The notes beneath the pieces are model-generated. The model worked only from the letters and a program-made list of their open reading frames with translations. It did no database searches and had not been told where the DNA came from. DNA of 64,000 nucleotides from Nitrosopumilaceae archaeon (GTDB taxonomy: Archaea > Thermoproteota > Nitrososphaeria > Nitrososphaerales > Nitrosopumilaceae). Position numbers and translations under genes: made by a program. Location of the stretch: NCBI GenBank assembly GCA_965207375.1, contig OZ242274.1:1088001-1152000 (forward strand), written 5' to 3'. Of this stretch, positions 19,469-29,720 are shown in pieces. Position 1 is the stretch's first letter, and each line of letters opens with the position of its first letter.

Positions 19469-20539
19469 ATGGATGATCTTTATAGATTTTTACCAGAGGA
19501 GTTGGAAGATATAGTAATCCGATTGGGCCAGAAGCGATTCAGGGCTGATCAAATCTTACTTCCGTTATACTACAAATATCCCCAAAAAATTGACGACATA
19601 AGGCAGCTATCTAAAATATTTCGTCAATTGCTAAATGAAAAAAAATACACAATCGGTTCTACTACTGAGATACACCGTGTGGTAAGCGATGATGGCTGCA
19701 CTACAAAATTATTGCTAAATTTACCAGATGGTACTCCTGTTGAATCTGTACTTATGCAGTATGGGCCAACAAAAATACTTGGACATCCACGATCTACTGT
19801 ATGTGTGTCTACGCAGGTGGGCTGTGCAATGGGATGTGTTTTTTGTGCCACAGGACAGATGGGTTTTAAAAGACAGATGAGGGCAGAAGAAATTGTAGGT
19901 CAGGTAATTCACTTTTCCAAAATGCTAAAAGAAAAAGATCAACATATTACAAATATTGTCTTTATGGGAATGGGTGAGCCGCTTGCAAACTATGATGAAA
20001 CCATACGTGCGATTAGAATTCTAACCCATCCTAGGGGTTTTGGATTGGGACAGAGGCACATTACAGTTTCTACCATCGGAATCATTTCTGGAATTGACAG
20101 ACTTGCACAAGAGAATCTGCAAATAGGCCTTGCTATTTCTTTGCATGCTCCAAACGATAAACTACGCAGAAAATTAATTCCCACTGCAGGACCTACCTCT
20201 GTTGCCGATATTATTGCAGCAGGACGCAGATATTTTATGAAAACTGGTAGACGTGTTACTTTTGAATATGCCTTGATTTCAGGAATAAATGATACTGTTG
20301 AAGTGGCACATGAATTGGCCAGACTTTTACAAGGTAACGGCTCACATGTCAATTTGATTCCAATTAATGCAACAGATGGTGATTTTAACAGACCTGCAAG
20401 AAAGCAGGTCTTGGAATTTGAGAAAATTTTACTTCTTGCAGGCATAAATTGTACCGTTCGGGTTGAAAAGGGTGCAGAAATTGCTGCTGCCTGTGGTCAG
20501 CTGCGTACTGATGTTGTAAATAACCAAACTGTACATTAG
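19469..20539 (+). CDS. rlmN: Radical SAM RNA methyltransferase RlmN/Cfr family
   Basis: CVSTQVGCAMGCVFC, MGMGEP, ISLHA, NLIP and AACGQL motifs. Confidence 0.9.
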   Translation: MDDLYRFLPEELEDIVIRLGQKRFRADQILLPLYYKYPQKIDDIRQLSKIFRQLLNEKKYTIGSTTEIHRVVSDDGCTTKLLLNLPDGTPVESVLMQYGPTKILGHPRSTVCVSTQVGCAMGCVFCATGQMGFKRQMRAEEIVGQVIHFSKMLKEKDQHITNIVFMGMGEPLANYDETIRAIRILTHPRGFGLGQRHITVSTIGIISGIDRLAQENLQIGLAISLHAPNDKLRRKLIPTAGPTSVADIIAAGRRYFMKTGRRVTFEYALISGINDTVEVAHELARLLQGNGSHVNLIPINATDGDFNRPARKQVLEFEKILLLAGINCTVRVEKGAEIAAACGQLRTDVVNNQTVH

Positions 20540-20642
20540 AGTTAATTGGCAAATTCTGCCAAAATTTACTTAAGATTTGCAACATGTGCTGACTTGTGTT
20601 TTATCAAATACTGGCAACAAATGTTAGACCGTTAAGCCGTGT

Positions 20643-22778
20643 TTAATTTGTAGCCTCTATTTTCTTTAAGGTGTCAGCTATTTGTTGCCATAGTGGATTA
20701 GAATATTTTTGGGTATTGTTTTGGGCTTCGGCTGCAGTCATAGGATTATCATGTTCTGTAATGTTAAATGCTGCCAAGACTCTATTCCATAAATCAGCTT
20801 GTTCTTTTACAACTTCAATTAAAGTTGCATTTATCGTGTATGTTGGTTCAGGTACTGGTTCTACTATAGGTGTTGGTTCTACTATAGGTGTTGGTTCTAC
20901 TATAGGTGTTGGTTCTACTATAGGTGTTGGTTCTACTATAGGTGTTGGTTCTACTATAGGTGTTGGTTCTACTATAGGTGTTGGTTCTACCTGTGATGTA
21001 TCTTGAGCAACGGCTGATGTTTGGTTAACCTGTGGTACGTGTATTTCCTGTGGCTCTTGCTGTGGTGTATTTTGTGTTGCATTTTGCTGCTGCTGCTGTT
21101 GTTCAATTGCAGCCTCACGCTCTTGTAAGATATTTGCAATCTTGACCCATAATGGACTAGAATATTTCTTTGTATTTGCCTGTGCCTCTGCTGCAGTAAG
21201 TGGATTATCATGTTGTATCACTCCAAATGCTGCAAGTGCTCTATTCCATCTGTCAACATGTTGGTGACCGTGATGTACTTGACTTGCAAGGTACTTTATG
21301 TCCTCAATTAGTTCTGGGTCAGCTGTAGGTATTGGTATAGATTCTGGTACAATTATCGGTGTATCTTGTGCGATATTTGATGTGTGGTTAATTTGTGGTA
21401 CGTGTATTTCCTGTGGTTGCTGTGGTGAATCTTGAGGTTGCTGTGCGGCTGCATCCCTTGCAGCCTCTAATTTAGCCAGTTCTTGAGCAACTAAACCCCA
21501 AAATGCATTATTGTATTTTTTTACATTGGCCAGAGCCTCTGCTGCAGTCATAGGATTGTCATGTTGTATTTCTCCAAATGCTGCCAAGACCCTATTCCAT
21601 CTGTCAACGTGTTCTGCACCAAGATGAGTTTGTTGTGCCATTATCTTTGCACCGTCTATTACTGATGGATCAATTTCATCATACGGATTTTCTGGTATTG
21701 GAACACCGGTTGTGAGTCTGGGTTGTCCGTCACCGCCACCATCATCATCCTGTATTAAGATTACAGCACGCGATGGGTCACCTATAGTATATCCATTACC
21801 TGGAAGTAACGTAAATGTGACGCTTCCATCTGCTTCATCTGTGGAATCATCTAATGTAGCTAGACTGACAGTCCGGGCGTTTGATGTTAATATAATTGAC
21901 CTATCGTTCAGTTCAAAATTAAGCCGAGCATATTCTCCTACTTGGGAAGTTCGATAATTTACTGTTACAGGATTTATTGATGTGGCTGGAGGTGATATAG
22001 TTATTTCTGCTATAACGGTAGCACCTTCAATCACTGATACAGGATTAATTGTGGAAGGTAGAATTGTCACTACATTAGCTGTTCCAATCTGTGTCTCCCA
22101 AAAATGTTGGCTAGCATACCTTGCATCAGACGGATTATTTGGATGTATCCACTCATGGAGGTATGGGCTATCTACAGTGCGTTCTACTATAGGTGAAACC
22201 ATGACAAGTAGTGATTCGGGACTGCCACCATAATTGGCTACATTTGTAGACCATGAGGCACTACCTGTATTTGACCCTGCATTGATGGTTATCTTTTTGT
22301 AGGTGACAGGAAGGTAGGTGGGGTTGGTTCCTAAATCCCTGTCGGCCGTGCTACTGTAGGTTGCAAATGTTTCAGTGTCGCTGCTAGTGCCGCCGAGGGT
22401 GGCATGAGTGGTACTACTACATAGGTTTGCTGCACTTGACCTGACAGAAGCGTGAGATGCATGACAGTCATTAAGCTGTGCATAAAATTCTATTTTCTCT
22501 CCTGTTTTGAGGTGCTCATCTAGAGTTACAGTTACTGTGATGGGTTGACCAGAAGCGGGATTGTTTAGTGTGACTAGGGCTCTGTTTATCTCATTGTCAT
22601 CTGTATAAAATTGAGGGGCCATTGTAACGGATGGCACAATTGGGTGACAGGCAGTGTGGAAATTCGTTTCGCCGTTTATGCGGCAAAGCACATGGTCAGA
22701 AAATGCCTCTGGTGTTTGAACACCGAGCAATAATGATATAGAAACTGCCATAATAACTGCAAAGTATAATGTTTTCAC
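20643..22778 (-). CDS. Secreted variable surface protein, copy 2
   Basis: Same architecture as 3913-5922. Calx-beta-like VIEG...TLDDSTDEADGSVTFTLLPGNGYTIG...IQDDD. Confidence 0.85.
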   Translation of the reverse strand: MKTLYFAVIMAVSISLLLGVQTPEAFSDHVLCRINGETNFHTACHPIVPSVTMAPQFYTDDNEINRALVTLNNPASGQPITVTVTLDEHLKTGEKIEFYAQLNDCHASHASVRSSAANLCSSTTHATLGGTSSDTETFATYSSTADRDLGTNPTYLPVTYKKITINAGSNTGSASWSTNVANYGGSPESLLVMVSPIVERTVDSPYLHEWIHPNNPSDARYASQHFWETQIGTANVVTILPSTINPVSVIEGATVIAEITISPPATSINPVTVNYRTSQVGEYARLNFELNDRSIILTSNARTVSLATLDDSTDEADGSVTFTLLPGNGYTIGDPSRAVILIQDDDGGGDGQPRLTTGVPIPENPYDEIDPSVIDGAKIMAQQTHLGAEHVDRWNRVLAAFGEIQHDNPMTAAEALANVKKYNNAFWGLVAQELAKLEAARDAAAQQPQDSPQQPQEIHVPQINHTSNIAQDTPIIVPESIPIPTADPELIEDIKYLASQVHHGHQHVDRWNRALAAFGVIQHDNPLTAAEAQANTKKYSSPLWVKIANILQEREAAIEQQQQQQNATQNTPQQEPQEIHVPQVNQTSAVAQDTSQVEPTPIVEPTPIVEPTPIVEPTPIVEPTPIVEPTPIVEPTPIVEPVPEPTYTINATLIEVVKEQADLWNRVLAAFNITEHDNPMTAAEAQNNTQKYSNPLWQQIADTLKKIEATN
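20857..20990 (-). repeat. 18-bp VNTR, 7 perfect units plus a partial unit (GGTTCTACTATAGGTGTT), encoding VEPTPI
   Basis: Counted directly. Copy 1 has only ~2 degenerate units at 4126-4162. Confidence 0.95.
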
Positions 22779-22818
22779 AAAATTAACGGGGGGGGGTTCT
22801 AAAAATGTTGCGATTTGA
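22779..22818 (-). promoter_or_regulatory. Putative promoter of copy 2 with C9 homopolymer
   Basis: G9 at 22788-22796, otherwise identical to 5923-5963. Confidence 0.6.
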
Positions 22819-22897
22819 GCAAGTGTACCAGATCAGATCAAGCTCAAATCCGCACCTAATACAATAAATTGATTATTCATTATATTCCTACATAAAA

Positions 22898-24574
22898 TTA
22901 ATCTAATCTTGGCACGGTGATTGCTCCTTGTGCTGCAGATCCTACAAGTGATGCGTATTTTGCCAAAGCACCCAAAGTGTAATTTGGCTCAGGACGCCTC
23001 CATTGCTGCTTTCGCTTTGTCATCTCCTTCTCAGATACGTGAAGATCGATACCTGATGTTTTGATATCTATTGTGATTTTGTCATCATTTTTGATCAACG
23101 CAATTGGTCCTCCAACATATGCCTCTGGTGCAACATGACCTACCATAAAACCTCTAGTACCTCCTGAAAATCTCCCGTCTGTCACCATTGCAACCTTTTT
23201 GCCTAGGCCCTGACCTACAAGTGCTGCAGTAGTTGCAAGCATTTCTCGCATTCCTGGTCCGCCCCTTGGTCCCTCATATCTGATTACGACCACTTGACCT
23301 TCATCGATTTGACCCTTTGATACTGCCTCAAATGCATGTTCCTCCTTGTCATATACTCGTGCTCTTCCTGTAAACTGAGTCATCTCAACTCCTGCTGTTT
23401 TGATTACTGCCCCCTCTGGCGCAAGTGTTCCCTTGAGAATAACTGCTGTGCCTGTAGGATGTAACGGGTTATCTACAGGTCTAATAATTGACTGTTCAGG
23501 CTCTGGTATGTTTGCCGAATCTAGATTCTGTTGTATTGTCTTACCTGTTACCGTAATGCAGTCTCCATTTAGTAGTCCATTGTCTGCCAATTTTTTTAAA
23601 ACAAACGGTATACCTCCTATTTTATCAAGACTATTCATGACATAGCTTCCGCCTGGCTTCATATCTGCAATATGTGGAGTCTTTTTCCTGATTGCCTCAA
23701 AATCTTCATATGTTAGTTTGATTCTAGCCTCATTTGCCATTGATAGTAGGTGTAAAATTCCATTAGTTGAGCCACCTACTGCATTTAGCACCGTAATTGC
23801 ATTTTCAAATGCCTCCCAGGTCATAATGTCCCTTGGTCTGATATTTTGCTCAACTAGTTTTGCACATGCAGCACCTGTATCATATACCATTTTTTGGCGG
23901 CGTTTGTCTTCTGCAGGAGGACTAGCACTTCCAGGCAATGCCAATCCTATTGCTTCTGAAATTGATGCCATTGTATTTGCCGTAAACATACCTCCACAGG
24001 AGCCTGAGTTGGGACATGCAGTATTTTCGATATCTTTGAGCATCTCAAACGAGATCTGACCTGCATCATATGCTCCTACTGCCTCATACACGTCTACTAT
24101 TGTAAGCTCCTGTCCATCTAAAATACCTGGCATTATTGTTCCTCCGTACACAAAAACTGAAGGCAAGTTCAATCTAGCCATTGCCATCATGGTTCCAGGT
24201 AGGCTTTTATCGCATCCTGCTATTCCCACCAATGCATCATACTGATGTGCCCTCATCATTAATTCAATAGAGTCTGCAATTATCTCTCTTGAAACCAAAG
24301 ATGACTTCATCCCCTCGTGACCCATTGCAATTCCATCACTTACTGCAATTGTGGAAAATATTCTTGGTGTTGCCCCATTGTCGGTAACGCCTTTTTTTGC
24401 ATTTTCTGCAAGTGCTGGCAATAATATGTTGCAAGGTGTTGCCTCATTTCCGGTATGACAGACGCCTATCATTGATTTACTAAGATCATCATCATCTAGG
24501 CCCATGGCCTTGTACATTGCCCTGTGTGGTGCACGGGCAGTACCTTCTACCACATTTTTACTTGAAATTTCCAT
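22898..24574 (-). CDS. ilvD: Dihydroxy-acid dehydratase
   Basis: [34 protein letters not shown] and TDGRFSG motifs. Confidence 0.97.
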   Translation of the reverse strand: MEISSKNVVEGTARAPHRAMYKAMGLDDDDLSKSMIGVCHTGNEATPCNILLPALAENAKKGVTDNGATPRIFSTIAVSDGIAMGHEGMKSSLVSREIIADSIELMMRAHQYDALVGIAGCDKSLPGTMMAMARLNLPSVFVYGGTIMPGILDGQELTIVDVYEAVGAYDAGQISFEMLKDIENTACPNSGSCGGMFTANTMASISEAIGLALPGSASPPAEDKRRQKMVYDTGAACAKLVEQNIRPRDIMTWEAFENAITVLNAVGGSTNGILHLLSMANEARIKLTYEDFEAIRKKTPHIADMKPGGSYVMNSLDKIGGIPFVLKKLADNGLLNGDCITVTGKTIQQNLDSANIPEPEQSIIRPVDNPLHPTGTAVILKGTLAPEGAVIKTAGVEMTQFTGRARVYDKEEHAFEAVSKGQIDEGQVVVIRYEGPRGGPGMREMLATTAALVGQGLGKKVAMVTDGRFSGGTRGFMVGHVAPEAYVGGPIALIKNDDKITIDIKTSGIDLHVSEKEMTKRKQQWRRPEPNYTLGALAKYASLVGSAAQGAITVPRLD

Positions 24575-24615
24575 AACTAGTTAATCGCACATCTGTAATT
24601 TAATCTTGTTTTAGA

Positions 24616-25215
24616 TTATCGTATGTCTAGTATTATGTTGTCTAATTCCTGGAGTTGTTCTTGTACCTCTTCTGGTGTTTCTGAACCATATGAGATCAAT
24701 ATCCTGTCATCATCTTGTACCACATATTTCAAAATATCTGATACCTGTTCTCCGTTAATGAAAAACTTTAGTGAAAACGTATCATCTGTACAAAATTCTC
24801 TTCCGTCTGGGAAAATATAGCACTCATCTGTGACCTTGATTCCCATAGAATCAAACATGTATTCCAATTCTACTCCTATTGCATGTCTGTGAATTGTATC
24901 TCCATTTTGTCCTTCAAAGTGAATCCATGGTGTTTTTACCTGATACGCAGGTAGCGAGAAATCAAACTCTGTTCCAAATATTTTGACAAGCATTGCAGCA
25001 TGTATGTGTTCGCTGCCTAGTGGACCTGCATTTTCTGGTCCCCCCGGTGCATCTACTGTCAATGTTGTAAATTCATATGATGCATAGGCAATAATTGAGA
25101 TAACTACTGCACCTACTGCAGCTGCGATAAGCTTGTTTTTGTAACTTTGCTTTTGTTGCCGCGCTGCATATTTTTCACGTCTTTCTTCACGATCACGCTG
25201 ATGTTTTTTGCCCAT
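24616..25215 (-). CDS. Membrane-anchored conserved hypothetical protein (HxH-containing)
   Basis: Basic N-terminus, one TM helix, and EHIHA / IHFE / IHRH segments. Confidence 0.75.
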   Translation of the reverse strand: MGKKHQRDREERREKYAARQQKQSYKNKLIAAAVGAVVISIIAYASYEFTTLTVDAPGGPENAGPLGSEHIHAAMLVKIFGTEFDFSLPAYQVKTPWIHFEGQNGDTIHRHAIGVELEYMFDSMGIKVTDECYIFPDGREFCTDDTFSLKFFINGEQVSDILKYVVQDDDRILISYGSETPEEVQEQLQELDNIILDIR

Positions 25216-25539
25216 GAATGCAAAAATTTTGAAAAATTACCCTAATTAATGATTCGATAAGTTAACTCCAAGTCATCTATAACCTCAATCCTTTTTGTTC
25301 GCGTATTCCAAATTATATCAGACATCAAATTGTACTAGAGCATTCTGACTCAGAATCTTTTACAGATACGCCATACTGATAAATTCTAGATCGTATCCTA
25401 CACCGACCAACAGTGACACTTTGGAAGAATGTTGTATGGGCAATCATGATTCAGATCTAGGCATCAAAACACCATTCATGTGACAAAGACGGTATTTTTA
25501 ATAGCAGCGTTGAAATAAAATAACTGTCTTTGATATTTT

Positions 25540-25944
25540 ATGGATTGCATCTTTTGTGATATTTTAGATGGCAGACGCGCAGGCCACTTTGTATATGAGG
25601 ATGAAAAACACATTGCCTTTTTAGACAAGTATCCAATCGATCACGGTCACACCTTGGTAATACCGCGAAACCATCATGAACGAATTACCCAAATGAAGGC
25701 ACAAGATGTAGGCAATCTTTTCTCGCAAATTCCCAAAATTGCAAATGCGATAATTGCAGCTACGGGAGCTGTTGCATTTAGTCTGGGACAAAACAACGGC
25801 CGTGAGGCAAAACAAATTGTCCCACATGTACACGTTCATATCATTCCACGATACAAAGATCAAGAGACGGTGTGGACAAAAAGAAAGATTGCCCCAGACT
25901 CTGAACTCTTAGAATTGGCAAATAAAATAAAATCCCACATGTAA
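25540..25944 (+). CDS. HIT-family nucleotide hydrolase
   Basis: CIFC, GHTLVIP and HVHVHIIPR motifs. Confidence 0.93.
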   Translation: MDCIFCDILDGRRAGHFVYEDEKHIAFLDKYPIDHGHTLVIPRNHHERITQMKAQDVGNLFSQIPKIANAIIAATGAVAFSLGQNNGREAKQIVPHVHVHIIPRYKDQETVWTKRKIAPDSELLELANKIKSHM

Positions 25945-25945
25945 A

Positions 25946-27229
25946 TTAAGACCTGCTGTGGCCCGGATTGTATCTTAGAATGGCTCCAATTTTTCCTAAA
26001 CTAGACAGCATTGAGCCGTGTTCTGCACTGCCTGATATTACCTCAATTTTGGTTCCAGTCTTTGCAGACAACAACGCAAGATAATCTATAATGTCTTGCT
26101 CCTTTATTTCTGAATCCATTGTATTGCATTTTGAACATGATGCATTTGCAAACTCTGTTTTTTTTGGAATTACCTGCGGCCTCTCTATAATTGCCTCCTC
26201 GATATTTTGACACCTCTTACATTTGGACTCTATTCTGTGCAAATTTGTATCATCTGTAACTAGTATTGTCTCTACTACATTGTTTTTTAGCAGGTCAATT
26301 ACCTCATACAGTCCATATGCTCCCAATCCTGAATTTGAATTTATATGTCTGAATAACTGCTCTACAATCTTTTTTTCCTCGACCATTCTAAAATCTGATA
26401 AAATATCGCCGGATTTGACAAATGCCTCCCTTATTCCTTCTGCTCCGGCATATGATGAATCAATCGTTGAAATAATCATGTCTTGCAGTCGATATTCCAG
26501 ATAATTTCCATTAATGAAATCTTCTTTTGTGGGGCCTGGCCCTGACACTATTAATCCCTTAATTTTGTAAATATCTATAAAATATTCTCTAGTAGTTGTT
26601 GCAATTCGATTAAAATAATATGTCAGCTCCATCTCGCGCAACTTTTGGAATCTTTTTGCAGATTGGCCTCCCTGCCTATGCTTTCCTGCCACTCCTGATG
26701 AGGTACGTGTGAGCACCTCGATCTTGTCCCCGTGTAACAGTCCCCATCCTGCGTCTTTTGCATCAATTGCTAAAAACCCAATCAAATTGTCGTCTTTTAG
26801 CATGTCCTTTAGAATATCTACATGAAAATGATCATCACATCTGTACAGGTATTGTTTCAAATCTTTTGGAGGTTCAATCTCCCATACCTTTACCACTTCA
26901 CTGCCTAGCGGTCCGCCCCCCACAGGCGGCAATGCCCCACAAAACATGACTAGTCCGCGCTCTGGCGTCTTTTTGTAAAGCTTTAGTCTTTGTACTACCT
27001 TTCCCAAGGAATCTACAACGTGGCTTCTGGTAAGATCTGATTTGATATTATCTGCGGTCCCTTGTTCTTGTTGCAGTGTTCCAACTATTTCATGAAGCTG
27101 TTTTCCTTTTGGTATGTATACGCTGATTAGCTCAGTACCTCTACCTGATTTTTGGGACAACTCATCAAGTGTTTTTCTAATCTTGTAGAGCTGAACAGAA
27201 TCTTGTTTTTCTATTTTGATTTTGCCCAT
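25946..27229 (-). CDS. prf1: Peptide chain release factor aRF1
   Basis: GTELIS, NIKS, YRCD and GGQS motifs. Confidence 0.96.
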   Translation of the reverse strand: MGKIKIEKQDSVQLYKIRKTLDELSQKSGRGTELISVYIPKGKQLHEIVGTLQQEQGTADNIKSDLTRSHVVDSLGKVVQRLKLYKKTPERGLVMFCGALPPVGGGPLGSEVVKVWEIEPPKDLKQYLYRCDDHFHVDILKDMLKDDNLIGFLAIDAKDAGWGLLHGDKIEVLTRTSSGVAGKHRQGGQSAKRFQKLREMELTYYFNRIATTTREYFIDIYKIKGLIVSGPGPTKEDFINGNYLEYRLQDMIISTIDSSYAGAEGIREAFVKSGDILSDFRMVEEKKIVEQLFRHINSNSGLGAYGLYEVIDLLKNNVVETILVTDDTNLHRIESKCKRCQNIEEAIIERPQVIPKKTEFANASCSKCNTMDSEIKEQDIIDYLALLSAKTGTKIEVISGSAEHGSMLSSLGKIGAILRYNPGHSRS

Positions 27230-27271
27230 GTGAGAATCTCTCTATTTTATGCATATTAAGTTTGGTTGAAA

Positions 27272-27916
27272 TTACAACCCGTCAATTGTTTTGACAAAAA
27301 CTTCTAGTGGCTGATTGCCTCTTATTTTAACAATTTTTTCATCATTGAAAATTAAAAACGATGGCGTGGCATCTATTCCAATATCTTGGCCTGCTTTGTA
27401 CATGTCTAGTATCATCTGTCGATATGTTTGCTTATCCATGCATTTGTTAAACTCGTTTGCATTCAAATCAACTGCAATTGCAAATTTTGTCAATGAATCC
27501 CTTGTAACCCATCCTGTCCTTTCTCCACCCCAGTTATTGTACAGCTCATCATGATACCTCCAATATTTTCCTTGATCCTTTGCACAGTAAGATGCTTCTG
27601 CAGCAAGAACCGAATCTGGACCATTTAGGGCAAAATCCTTGAAGATTAGATTTACCCTGCCGGTATCTATGTAATCGGTTTTTAGCGCCTTCATAGTTGT
27701 TTGGTGAAATCTATAACAAAACGTACATTGATAGTCTCCATACTCTACAATAGTGATTGGTGCAGATGCCTCCCCCTCCACAGGCGAACCTCCTGCTTTG
27801 AGATTTTTCACGGTAAGTTTTGTAGAATCAAACCGAGTTGGATTGATCTGATCGTTGAACCCTACTAGAAACACCCCAACTACAATTCCTACAATTACAG
27901 GTATTGCCACTAGCAT
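27272..27916 (-). CDS. DsbA-family thioredoxin-fold protein
   Basis: EYGDYQCTFC and ATPSF cis-Pro loop, with an N-terminal TM anchor. Start uncertain. Confidence 0.88.
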   Translation of the reverse strand: MLVAIPVIVGIVVGVFLVGFNDQINPTRFDSTKLTVKNLKAGGSPVEGEASAPITIVEYGDYQCTFCYRFHQTTMKALKTDYIDTGRVNLIFKDFALNGPDSVLAAEASYCAKDQGKYWRYHDELYNNWGGERTGWVTRDSLTKFAIAVDLNANEFNKCMDKQTYRQMILDMYKAGQDIGIDATPSFLIFNDEKIVKIRGNQPLEVFVKTIDGL

Positions 27917-28000
27917 TGCCTTGTTCACAAAATACAAACAACCTCTTTGTCTGTAAATAGCTTGGGCTGCATTAATCCAAACCTGATTCAAACCTTAATG

Positions 28001-28639
28001 CTAACTTGCCGCTATGGTACACAGCGCCGAATTTTTTGCAGATACTTCTGCAACAAAGGGATCATCTGCAGATGTAATTATGACCACGTCATTTTCCTCA
28101 GGATTCATTGACATTAGACTGTCTAGTGTTTTTTTGTCTACTAGTACCTCTTCCTCACCCGGAAAAGAAAACCGGCCACTCTTATAGACTAGTGTTAGTG
28201 CAATTGTCGCACCGTACAATATTGCAAAATCCCTTTGCTCTAGTCCTGCCCTGATTGCCTTGGCTTGGTTTTTTATCAGTATTGCATGATTATACCTGCC
28301 GCTAAAAATGGTGGATTTTTTGATAGTACATTCATCTGGTATAGCATCAATTATCTCCTTTGCAAATTTTTTACCCTTTTCAGTAAGGTAGGTGCCTGCT
28401 CTTGCCGAATCTATTATCTTTTGTTCCTTCATGTGTAAAATCAGAGTTTTTACTGCACCTTCCCCGATATGTAACTGTCTACATAGAGTATTGCGACTTG
28501 TAAATCTGTCTTTGTACAACAATTGCAATGCCTTGAAAACATGCGGCATGCTAAATGTCAAAATTTTACTAGAGCCCTTTCATGATACGATATTTTGTAA
28601 GATCTGAATTTCCTTTTTCAGATCCCATTTTAGCCTCAT
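28001..28639 (-). pseudogene. Winged-helix regulator (DUF4443/DUF2111-like) with in-frame TGA at 28580-28582
   Basis: Frame reads MRLKWDLKKEIQILQNIVS*KGSSKILTFSMPHVFKAL. HTH follows (LHIGEGAVKTL), then GLEQRDFAILYGA. Confidence 0.65.
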
Positions 28640-28702
28640 CTAATATTTAAATTGGACAAATCATCCTAGTGTTTAAATATATTCGATATGGTCTAGCACT
28701 AT

Positions 28703-28918
28703 ATGTCCCAATCTCGACTCTTACACCTATCACAAAACAAGATCTCTGTACTGTCAATTGTTGCACTAGCCGTAATATTTGGCATGGGCCTTTTTGTAGT
28801 AGGATTTGACAATGGACAAATCATCCAAGCAGCATTTGCTGAATCTGGAATTGATCCGCTAATAATCCATGAACTAACTCATGACATGAGACATGCAGCA
28901 GGCTTTCCCTGTCACTAG
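28703..28918 (+). CDS. cbtB: Cobalt transporter subunit CbtB
   Basis: One TM helix plus C-terminal HELTHDMRHAAGFPCH signature. Confidence 0.92.
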   Translation: MSQSRLLHLSQNKISVLSIVALAVIFGMGLFVVGFDNGQIIQAAFAESGIDPLIIHELTHDMRHAAGFPCH

Positions 28919-28924
28919 TCTCTC

Positions 28925-29653
28925 ATGAAAACACTACTTTTTATCTTAATTGTCCTAGTTTCTGGTGCGCTTGCAGGCCTGCTTCATGGAGGCGTTAATC
29001 TTGGTTTAGTTGAACCATATCTAGATACTGCAATTGGGATTGAAAATCAAATGTTGTTTGCATCAGGTGAGCAAGAAGACAATGAAGAGTTTTGGAATTC
29101 TTACTATTCGTATAGATTGTGGCAAAAGGGTGGTCAAATACTAGCAGGTGTAATTTTAGGCGTTGCAATGGGATCGTTATTTGGCATTGTTTTTGCACTG
29201 TCTAGAAATGTATTGCCCGGAGAACATAATATCAAAAAGGCAGTTATTTTGGCAGCAATCATGTGGCTGGTGATCTTTTTTATTCCATTTTTAAAATATC
29301 CTGCTAATCCTCCTACAATAGGTGAAGCTCAAACACTTGAACTGAGAACGACACTGTATGTTTCATTTGTAGCAATTTCTGGAGCAGGTGCTGTGGGATT
29401 TTACCAAATAGCAAAACTTGTACACAAACATCAAAAATATGTGGCAATTGGAGGCTATGCTGGATTGATGATTGTAGCATTTGTGTTACTGCCTAGCAAT
29501 CCTGATGATGTGACTGTCTCAGCAGATTTAGTTGACGGTTTCCGGCTAGTATCAGTATTGGGTGTTTCAACGTTTTGGCTTTCTGTATCATTGCTTCTTG
29601 GTGCGTTTTGGCAAAAATTCAAGCCTGATGAATCTGTTTCCACCCAACTTTAG
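28925..29653 (+). CDS. cbtA: Cobalt transporter subunit CbtA
   Basis: PFLKYPANPPTIG motif, multiple TM helices, follows cbtB. Confidence 0.9.
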   Translation: MKTLLFILIVLVSGALAGLLHGGVNLGLVEPYLDTAIGIENQMLFASGEQEDNEEFWNSYYSYRLWQKGGQILAGVILGVAMGSLFGIVFALSRNVLPGEHNIKKAVILAAIMWLVIFFIPFLKYPANPPTIGEAQTLELRTTLYVSFVAISGAGAVGFYQIAKLVHKHQKYVAIGGYAGLMIVAFVLLPSNPDDVTVSADLVDGFRLVSVLGVSTFWLSVSLLLGAFWQKFKPDESVSTQL

Positions 29654-29656
29654 TGA

Positions 29657-29682
29657 TATTCTCATACTCTAGAATGAGAATA
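29657..29682. promoter_or_regulatory. Inverted repeat TATTCTCAT-N8-ATGAGAATA upstream of regulator pair
   Basis: Perfect 9-bp arms just upstream of a TTTAAATA box. A degenerate copy lies at 30391-30414. Confidence 0.55.
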
Positions 29683-29720
29683 ATACCCACGCGTTTAAAT
29701 AACTCTTCATACTATGTGCT

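Noticed and set aside
3913-22778. Diversity-generating retroelement as the source of paralogue variation
   Set aside because: No reverse transcriptase or TR/VR pair. Differences include indels and all base types rather than adenine-only changes.
28580-28582. Selenocysteine or pyrrolysine recoding of the in-frame TGA (and of the TAG at 41258)
   Set aside because: Neither position is a plausible catalytic site, no sel/pyl genes are present, and other genes in the window use TGA and TAG as normal stops.
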